From Clostridium algoriphilum (GTDB lineage: Bacteria; Bacillota; Clostridia; Clostridiales; Clostridiaceae), in contig NZ_JAIZZK010000011.1 of assembly GCF_020443705.1 (NCBI RefSeq), positions 10,810 to 74,809 of the forward strand: DNA of 64,000 nt, written 5' to 3'. Of the stretch, positions 57,440 to 64,000 are shown one piece after another. Numbering within the stretch: position 1 is the stretch's first letter; each line of letters starts with the position of its first letter. Both the position numbers and the translations under genes were made by a program. A model generated the notes under the pieces. The model made no database searches. It saw only the letters and a list, made by a program, of their open reading frames with translations, and was not told the DNA's origin.

Positions 57440-58066
57440 CTACTCACCGCAACCCTTAGGATAAACTGTTATTTTAATCTCATCCTTACTTATTGACTCA
57501 CTTTTTGTAATTAAATTCAGCCTATTAAATTCAGCTTCAAACCAAGGAGGTATATGCCCACAAATTATTTCTAATTGATAAAAAACTGTAGTATCAAAAA
57601 ACGGTAACAATATTCCCTTTGAAGTAAGGTTGATATTATGCTCTTGAATCTTTTTTAAATTTAGAAAATAATAACCATCCCTGCTTTTCTGAATTAGAGG
57701 TAACTTATCTTTTGATTTTGACATTTCCATAGATTTTGTTTCTTCTTCTTCTTTTTCAAACACAAACTCCAAAAGATCCTTCGTTGTGCCCTCTAGTTCC
57801 CAGGTATTAAAGCCCATTGAATCAAGAACCGTATATGGGAGCCCTTTAATTTCTCTTCCGACAAAAACCTTGCAGTCCCCAAGGGTTTCTGCCATGTTTC
57901 TAATACTTTGACGAATTTCTTTTAAACTAGCTATATTATCAATTCTATATATAATTTCTTTAGTTATTTTCCATTCACCCATGTGTCTTGAATAAACTTT
58001 AACTATACCAGGTTCAACAAAGGATTGTGTTCTGCCACTATTATCTTGAAAAACTGCAATTTCCAT
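57440..58066 (-). CDS. Possible AnfO-like nitrogenase-associated protein (hypothetical)
   Basis: 208 aa; N-terminus MEIAVFQDNSGRTQSFVEPGIVKVYSR resembles AnfO-family starts; directly downstream of nifV in same orientation; assignment from memory of family, unverified. Confidence 0.3.
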   Translation of the reverse strand: MEIAVFQDNSGRTQSFVEPGIVKVYSRHMGEWKITKEIIYRIDNIASLKEIRQSIRNMAETLGDCKVFVGREIKGLPYTVLDSMGFNTWELEGTTKDLLEFVFEKEEEETKSMEMSKSKDKLPLIQKSRDGYYFLNLKKIQEHNINLTSKGILLPFFDTTVFYQLEIICGHIPPWFEAEFNRLNLITKSESISKDEIKITVYPKGCGE

Positions 58067-58131
58067 ATAATTCTCTATTTATCATATCAACAACAACTCT
58101 ATCATTAACTTGACAAATTATCCTCCTTATT

Positions 58132-58878
58132 TTAATGAGCTAGTACCCTATAACTTTTATTCCTATCTATTGCCTTTATAAGCTTAACGTAATCACAATT
58201 ACCTGCACGTTCACCTATTCCTCCAAATGTAGTATCCACAAATTCACATCCTGCCATAACTGCTGCTACAGAATTTGCTACAGCCATACCAAAGTCATTG
58301 TGTCCATGAAATTCTATTGATATATCGATCTCTTGTCTTATTTCAGTTATTAATTTAAAAATTTTGTTTGGGTATAATATTCCCACTGTATCAGCATATC
58401 TAATACGTTTTACACCAAGGGCCTTAGCTTCTTTAATAACATGTATTAAAAAATCAGTAGAAGTTCTTGAAGCGTCTTCAAGTCCCACTACAACTTCAAA
58501 GCCCTTGTCTTTGGCATAATAAACACTCTTCTTCATTTCATTAATAACCCAATCTTTATTTCTGCCAAGTTTCCATTTTATTTGTATATCAGAAACTGGT
58601 ACCGAAATGTGTATTATATCTACTCCGCAATCAATGGAGTGGTTTATATCATTTATGTTCATTCTATTCCATGCAGAAATTTTGCTATTTAAACCTAGAC
58701 TCATTAATTTTTCAATACTCTTTTTTTCTTCTCCTCCCATAGCAGGAGTTCCGGCCTCAATTTGATATACCTTTTTTGAGTCAATAATTTTAGCAAATTC
58801 AATTTTATCCTTAAATCCTAACTCCACTCCTGCCATTTGCTCACCATCTCTTAGCGTTGTATCAACAATTTTGCACAT
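58132..58878 (-). CDS. nifV: Homocitrate synthase alpha fragment (NifV-alpha), catalytic HMGL-like TIM-barrel half
   Basis: 248 aa; DTTLRDGEQ substrate motif, HGHNDFG metal-binding motif, GIGERAGN; typical clostridial split nifV. Confidence 0.8.
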   Translation of the reverse strand: MCKIVDTTLRDGEQMAGVELGFKDKIEFAKIIDSKKVYQIEAGTPAMGGEEKKSIEKLMSLGLNSKISAWNRMNINDINHSIDCGVDIIHISVPVSDIQIKWKLGRNKDWVINEMKKSVYYAKDKGFEVVVGLEDASRTSTDFLIHVIKEAKALGVKRIRYADTVGILYPNKIFKLITEIRQEIDISIEFHGHNDFGMAVANSVAAVMAGCEFVDTTFGGIGERAGNCDYVKLIKAIDRNKSYRVLAH

Positions 58879-58882
58879 AATG

Positions 58883-59938
58883 TTACCTCTTAATTCTTCT
58901 ACATATGTCTATAAAATCTTTATCTGATACTTCTGTTTTATTTGATATGCTTATATTTTTAACCTTGCCTAGAATGTTAAGAATTTCTAAATCACTAAAT
59001 TTATTATCCATATTGAGCTCTTTTAATTTAGAATTTATAGAATTTTTTCCTGAATGTTTACCTAAAGCGAGCTTTCGCTTCATTCCAACAAGTTCAGGCA
59101 TAAAAGGTTCATAGGTTACTGGATTTTTCTCAATACCAGCGACATGTACTCCTGATTCATATTTAAATATATTTTTGCCTATAATTGCCTTATTATCAGG
59201 TACATTTTTATAGGTTATTTTTTCATATTGCTCTCTCATTTCCGAGAGCAGACCAAGTTCTCCATTTACCTTTTCACCCATAATAACCTTTGTAGCAACT
59301 AGTAATTCTTCTAAAGCGGTTGTGCCATAAGTCCCATCCCTTCCACCAAATGCTGTGGTTATAGATTGTATACCTGAAGTCAAGCCCTGAAAACCTACAG
59401 CGGTTGCCATAGAGAATTCATCACTAGCATATATATTTATATTAACATTATATTTATCTTTAATATAATCATTAAAAACCCAATTACTCTCTCCTTTAAT
59501 TCTTATAGAAAAGAGTTTATTTATATCTATGTTTTCATTGATCTTTTGCATAAAGTCACTAGCACATGATTTAACATCTATTTCTAATATAATTTTAAAA
59601 TTATATTTCATTTCCAAATTACAAATTTTAATAATCTCTAAGTTCTCTTCTCTTATCAAGATATATTCTATGCCTCTTGCTTTACATATTTGCAATTGGC
59701 TAGCTTTATTAACTCGAAAAATAATATCTTTCGTTTTTATTGAAAGCTTTATAAAATTAAAAACTTCCTCATCGATTTCAAAAAAATCTACTCCTACTCC
59801 TTTTAAGTTTCTAATAAACTCTGGTAATCCCTTTTCATTAAAGCTTTTTTTTGTAATGTTCATTAATGTCCTATCAATAATAAATTTGTCTTTTTCTTTT
59901 ATAACTAAAGACATTAATAACACCCCTTTAAAAAGCAA
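58883..59938 (-). CDS. nifV: Homocitrate synthase omega fragment (NifV-omega), degenerate HMGL-like paralog
   Basis: 351 aa; HMGL-like barrel with degenerate motifs (TAFGGRDGTYGTT in place of GIGERAGN); immediately upstream of nifV-alpha with 4-nt gap. Confidence 0.7.
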   Translation of the reverse strand: MLFKGVLLMSLVIKEKDKFIIDRTLMNITKKSFNEKGLPEFIRNLKGVGVDFFEIDEEVFNFIKLSIKTKDIIFRVNKASQLQICKARGIEYILIREENLEIIKICNLEMKYNFKIILEIDVKSCASDFMQKINENIDINKLFSIRIKGESNWVFNDYIKDKYNVNINIYASDEFSMATAVGFQGLTSGIQSITTAFGGRDGTYGTTALEELLVATKVIMGEKVNGELGLLSEMREQYEKITYKNVPDNKAIIGKNIFKYESGVHVAGIEKNPVTYEPFMPELVGMKRKLALGKHSGKNSINSKLKELNMDNKFSDLEILNILGKVKNISISNKTEVSDKDFIDICRRIKR

Positions 59939-60030
59939 TTCATTATAACAGATAAAATATAAAACCTGAAAACATCAATGTTATCAGATTTCATATTATA
60001 AAGTTGAAATTTCTAAATTTATTTCTTTTA

Positions 60031-60339
60031 TCATATCTCTAGTCTTTTTACTATATTTCCATTTATTAAATGTTCTTCCACAATTTCATCGACATCATCG
60101 GGTGTTACCTTACCATACCAAGTACCTTCAGGATAAACAATAACTATCGGTCCATCATTACATAAACCTAGGCATCCTGTGTTAGTTACCATTACCTTAT
60201 CACTGATATCATTTTCCTCAATGGATTCTAAAAAATTTGTTACAATCTCACTAGATGCATTTGAATGACAATATCCCTTTTGTGTTCCATTTATTCTAGA
60301 ACTTGTGCAAACAAAAATGTGATATTCAGGTTTTATCAT
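60031..60339 (-). CDS. fdx: Thioredoxin-like [2Fe-2S] ferredoxin (C. pasteurianum 2Fe-Fd type)
   Basis: 102 aa; collinear with C. pasteurianum [2Fe-2S] Fd (HIFVCTS..C..NTGC.G.C..GPIV.VYPEG.WYG.VT.DDV.EIVE.H), four Cys ligands conserved (C11, C24, C56, C60). Confidence 0.85.
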   Translation of the reverse strand: MIKPEYHIFVCTSSRINGTQKGYCHSNASSEIVTNFLESIEENDISDKVMVTNTGCLGLCNDGPIVIVYPEGTWYGKVTPDDVDEIVEEHLINGNIVKRLEI

Positions 60340-62954
60340 GACACTGCCTCCCCTACAATTTTTCTAATTCCATTTCTAATTTCGTCACATAATAGATATA
60401 CTTTTATCTTTTTCTTTTCTAGTTTTTGTTTAGGTACATCTCCAATTCTAAGAGCAAGCACCCCACAACAATCCTCAATTGTTTTTATTATATAGTCAAT
60501 TTTATCTTCGTGACTATCATCACAATCATCTACACCTGTACAAAATTTAGGTATTTTCCTTTTTTCAATAAATGTTGCGTCACCATTTGTAAAATCATAT
60601 ATATAGAACTCCGCTGCATGTCCAAAATGCTGATCTACATTAAGGCCTGATTTAGATGCAACTGCAAATCTCACAGGTTTAATATCATCACTTTGAGATA
60701 ATTCTGTCACTCCTGCTGTTTGCGATATATCATTTCCAAGAGTTCCTACAGCATCCGCTCTACATTGTTTACAGTGATACATTTGTTTAAGATCTATTTC
60801 ACATTTTTTTCTCATTACTAACAATTCTTCATTATTAACTGTTTTAATGTGTTCAAATTTACTTCCTGGCGCATTTATCATTGGCATAATATTTGTCATA
60901 AAGGCTCCACATTCTTTAACTTTTTTAACAGTATCTTCTATCCCAATATCATTAATACCTTTTACATAAACTATGTTTACCTTGCAAATAAGACCTTTCG
61001 AAGTAAGGTACCGAAGACCTGATAATTGATTTTGTAATAAAATACGAGCTCCCTCAATTCCTGTATATTTCACCCCAAGATAATTAATTTCCTTATAAAG
61101 TTTCACGCCTATTTCTGGATCTATGGTGTTTATTGTTATTGTAATATGCGAAACACCGAGTTCTAATATTTCGTTTGCATAGAAAGGTAACATTAATCCA
61201 TTGGTAGATAAACAAAATGTAATATCAGGACTCTCTTTTCTAATTAATTGGATGGATTCTTTAACCACATCAAAGTTTGCTAAAGCATCTCCCGGACCTG
61301 CTATACCAACTACTGTAAGATTTTTAAGTTTACTTTTAAATTCTTTAAACCTTTCTAGTGCCTGCACCGGAGATAAGATTGAACTTGTAACTCCAGGCCT
61401 ACTTTCATTTACACAATCAAATTTACGGCTACAATAGTTACAACTAATATTACAAGCTGGAGCTACAGGAATGTGTATTCTGGCATTGTCATGAGCACAG
61501 CCATTAAAACATGGGTGACTTTTTGTTCTCTCCTCCATACTAATTACTTTTTTAACTTGAACCGCAATAGAAGGCTTAACTTCATCTAATCCATTATCGT
61601 AATATTTATCATACATATCCTCTCTGTAGCCCCTTTCTTTTCTTTCCAATATAGCATTAGTGATTTCATCTAAGAATCTTAATGAACCATAATATCCTAC
61701 ATTAACTGCTCTTTGAGCACCTACCCTATCATGAATAGGAAATCCGATCCTTATTAGTTTAATTCCTAATTTTTTCTCGAGACGTCTTCCATTAGAATCC
61801 CCGATTAATAAATTAACCTTGAGATCCTTAGTATATTTCTCTATAATTTCAAAATCACTATCATCTATAATAATAGGTTGCTCTTCAAGGTCTTTTGTAA
61901 GTTCTTTTAAATTACCTGCTAAAATTTTATTCTTAGAACCAGTAGCTATAAGTAGAGGCTTAATACCATTTTCAACACATAGGGCAGTAACTGCATACAC
62001 TATTTCAGGCTCTCCGAAAATAACTGCTCTTCCTTCGCCATTATATTTGTGAGAATCTATTATTCCATCAAGGTAACGACTTCTTTCTTTCTCTAATACT
62101 TTAGGAACTGACTTTTTACTAATTTTAGAAATTAAATTAATAAAAACATCTGTTGCTTTTATTCCTATAGGAACTGCACATTTAAATATGGGAACTCCGA
62201 AGGTTTCAAATAAATAATCTCCAGCAGTAGAGCCAATTTCAGCGCTACAATCCATCTCTATAGTAGCTCTGGCTCCTCCCATTAAAGCTATATCATGAAG
62301 GCTCGTACCTCCTTCTGGAACTTTATTGTAATTTTTATTGTAACCGGAGTCCAATGTATCTGATATATCTGGTAATATTGTATATTCCACTTTAAAAGCA
62401 TCTAAAATATATTTCAATTGCCTTATATCTCCTGGATTTATATTTGCAGCAATTACATTTATCCTATCGCTTTTTATATCATCCTTACTTAAAAACTCAA
62501 CTAATCTTCTAAGTGCTTTATAGTAGCCCTCAGATTGGGTACCTGAATAAGCAGGTGTCGATATTGGTATAATCTTAATATCACTAGTTGTAGAATTCTC
62601 TTCTTGAAATTCTATAATTATACGTCCTATATCCTCTCCAATAGTTTCTGCAAGGCACGTTGTTAGAACACCAATAACACTTGGATTATATAATTTAATT
62701 ATATTTTTAAGTCCTAATTTCAGGTTTTTAGCACCCCCATAAATTGTTCCATCTTCAGTAAGTGAAGATGAAGCTATATCTATTGGTTCATTAAAATGAG
62801 TTGCCATATGCCTTCTTATATATGTGCTACAACCTTGAGATCCATGTAGAATTACCATACTATTTTCAATTCCTTTAAGAGCCATTACACCACCAAGCGG
62901 CATACACATCTTACAAGGATTAACACTCAAATTTACAGAATTTTTGATTACCAT
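60336..62954 (-). CDS. nifN-B: NifN-NifB fusion protein (FeMo-cofactor scaffold subunit NifN fused to radical-SAM NifB with C-terminal NifX/NafY-like domain)
   Basis: 872 aa; N-terminal nitrogenase component-1-like domain (CKMCMPLGGVMALKGIENSMVILHGSQGCSTYIRRH), central radical SAM CNISCNYCSRKFDC + GIAGPGDALAN, C-terminal dinitrogenase FeMo-co binding domain; overlaps fdx by 4 nt. Confidence 0.9.
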   Translation of the reverse strand: MVIKNSVNLSVNPCKMCMPLGGVMALKGIENSMVILHGSQGCSTYIRRHMATHFNEPIDIASSSLTEDGTIYGGAKNLKLGLKNIIKLYNPSVIGVLTTCLAETIGEDIGRIIIEFQEENSTTSDIKIIPISTPAYSGTQSEGYYKALRRLVEFLSKDDIKSDRINVIAANINPGDIRQLKYILDAFKVEYTILPDISDTLDSGYNKNYNKVPEGGTSLHDIALMGGARATIEMDCSAEIGSTAGDYLFETFGVPIFKCAVPIGIKATDVFINLISKISKKSVPKVLEKERSRYLDGIIDSHKYNGEGRAVIFGEPEIVYAVTALCVENGIKPLLIATGSKNKILAGNLKELTKDLEEQPIIIDDSDFEIIEKYTKDLKVNLLIGDSNGRRLEKKLGIKLIRIGFPIHDRVGAQRAVNVGYYGSLRFLDEITNAILERKERGYREDMYDKYYDNGLDEVKPSIAVQVKKVISMEERTKSHPCFNGCAHDNARIHIPVAPACNISCNYCSRKFDCVNESRPGVTSSILSPVQALERFKEFKSKLKNLTVVGIAGPGDALANFDVVKESIQLIRKESPDITFCLSTNGLMLPFYANEILELGVSHITITINTIDPEIGVKLYKEINYLGVKYTGIEGARILLQNQLSGLRYLTSKGLICKVNIVYVKGINDIGIEDTVKKVKECGAFMTNIMPMINAPGSKFEHIKTVNNEELLVMRKKCEIDLKQMYHCKQCRADAVGTLGNDISQTAGVTELSQSDDIKPVRFAVASKSGLNVDQHFGHAAEFYIYDFTNGDATFIEKRKIPKFCTGVDDCDDSHEDKIDYIIKTIEDCCGVLALRIGDVPKQKLEKKKIKVYLLCDEIRNGIRKIVGEAVS

Positions 62955-62970
62955 ATTAACACCTCCCTCT

Positions 62971-64000
62971 TTATATAAGATTCCAAACCGGACTATTTAT
63001 TGTTAGATCTACTTCCTTTGCAAAGTTAACCGCTCCTTCAAATCCAGCTAGAGCATGCTTTCTTTCATGATTATGGTCACAAAAGGCAACTCCTAACTTA
63101 TAAGCTAAAGGTCTTTCTTTAACTCCTCCAACTAAAATATCTGCATTTTTTTCAAGTATAAATTTCTCAAGTTCTGCTGGATTAGTATCATCTAAAATCA
63201 CTGTTCCTTCAAGAGTTATTTCTTTAATAATATTGTAGTCCTCTTCTTTACCTGTTTGAGTACCTACCATAACAGTTTCCATTCCAAGCTCCCTAAATTG
63301 TTTTATTAATGAGATGGCTTTAAATCCACCACCTACATATATAGCAACCTTCTTGCCTGTTAATCTCCTTTTATAGTAATTTAATGTTTCCTCAATTTGT
63401 TTTTCTTCAGTGAATATCAGTTCTTTTGTTCTTCGCAATATATCTTTGTCTTTCGTGAATTCTGCTATATTCGTTAAAGATGCTTTAATATCCTCAAGTC
63501 CTAAAAAGCTAACGTTAATGTACGGTATTCCAAATTTCTCGGTCATTTGATTGGCAAGATAATGCATTGAACCAGCACACTGTACAATGTTTAAATTGGC
63601 TGTAGGAGCCTTCTTTATCTCATCAGTTGTACTATCACCTGTGATTCTTGCAACCACTTTAACACCTATTCTCTTAAAATAATTTTTGATAATCCACATT
63701 TCTCCGGCTAAGTTAAAATCGCCCAAAATGTTTATTCCCAAAGTCTTTGGATCATTATTTTCACCCATAAGATTTAATAGTGCATTGCAAGCAGCTCTAT
63801 ATCCTACTGCTTTATTTCCTGAAAATCCAGGTGCCTTTACTGGAATAACTCTAATATTATGTTTAATCTCAGCTGCCTTACATACAGCATCAATATCATC
63901 TCCAATTACGCCCACTATACAAGTTGAATATATAAAAATAACTTTAGGAGTGTTTGCAGCTACTATCTCATCGATAGCAGCTGCAAGTTTCTTTTCACCC
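62971..64000 (-). CDS. nifE: NifE (FeMo-cofactor biosynthesis scaffold), 5'-truncated by window end
   Basis: Frame remains open to position 64000 (upstream translation ...GEKKLAAAIDEIVAANTPKVIFIYSTCIVGVIGDDIDAVCK...), nitrogenase component-1 family motifs; ORF-track start at 63915 is an internal GTG. Confidence 0.85.
   Translation of the reverse strand, partial: GEKKLAAAIDEIVAANTPKVIFIYSTCIVGVIGDDIDAVCKAAEIKHNIRVIPVKAPGFSGNKAVGYRAACNALLNLMGENNDPKTLGINILGDFNLAGEMWIIKNYFKRIGVKVVARITGDSTTDEIKKAPTANLNIVQCAGSMHYLANQMTEKFGIPYINVSFLGLEDIKASLTNIAEFTKDKDILRRTKELIFTEEKQIEETLNYYKRRLTGKKVAIYVGGGFKAISLIKQFRELGMETVMVGTQTGKEEDYNIIKEITLEGTVILDDTNPAELEKFILEKNADILVGGVKERPLAYKLGVAFCDHNHERKHALAGFEGAVNFAKEVDLTINSPVWNLI

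Noticed and set aside
62971-63915. ORF-track call of a complete 314-aa CDS starting at 63915
   Set aside because: The reading frame stays open to the window edge, and the upstream translation continues with conserved NifE-type sequence. The 63915 start is an internal GTG, so the gene is reported as 5'-partial instead.
1-64000. CRISPR arrays, transposases, integrases, prophage or restriction-modification genes
   Set aside because: None found. No regularly spaced direct repeats, no DDE/tyrosine-recombinase-like ORFs. The HEAT-MTase fusion lacks a partner restriction enzyme and has RNA/protein-MTase-type motifs, so it was not called as R-M.

Overview
This 64-kb window looks like low-GC (about 28% GC) Clostridium-type chromosomal DNA. 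It is densely coding, with no transposases, integrases or CRISPR arrays visible, so it reads as core genome, dominated by anaerobic redox and energy metabolism. Features in window order:

- APC amino-acid permease, GNAT acetyltransferase and a DUF2156 (MprF-C-like) protein.
- CNNM/CBS 'hemolysin' transporter, DEAD-box helicase and an O-antigen-ligase-like membrane protein.
- Lipoprotein plus a MacB/FtsX-type ABC pair.
- Stand-alone GltD-like Fe-S/FAD oxidoreductase and a TPR protein.
- 1083-aa SWIM-SNF2 helicase and a secreted 1038-aa M16 peptidase.
- S/N-rich hypothetical with a divergent XRE regulator, a class-III aminotransferase and a Nudix hydrolase.
- Trimeric electron-bifurcating [FeFe]-hydrogenase hydCBA, an AgcS symporter and a large flotillin-like SPFH protein.
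- tRNA-Lys(CTT) and a nitroreductase.
- HEAT-repeat::class-I methyltransferase fusion.
- Two tandem, roughly 80%-identical NH3-dependent NAD synthetase (nadE) paralogs, each with its own Rex box and terminator.
- rseC-rnfCDGEAB operon behind an 833-bp leader that also carries a Rex box.
- The candidate for a poorly understood system: a glycyl-radical-enzyme (GRE) cluster. It comprises a divergent activase, a DeoR regulator, a single-Cys 'GCVE' PFL2-type GRE and an Fsa/TalC-type aldolase, followed in the same orientation by Zwf (G6PD), a cyclase-family hydrolase and an Asp/Glu-racemase-like protein. This mirrors the unexplained ybiW-ybiY-fsaA and pflDC-fsaB associations of E. coli but adds G6PD.
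- PBP2-like transpeptidase and three unknown proteins, one of them MORN-variant.
- The distal end of a clostridial nif cluster: nifE (5' truncated by the window edge), a nifN-B fusion, [2Fe-2S] fdx, split nifV-omega/nifV-alpha and an AnfO-like ORF.

Small regulatory observations: three Rex-type operators (TTGTTAA-N4-TTAACAA), a recurring family of terminator hairpins, and direct repeats in the agcS/hyd and deoR leaders.
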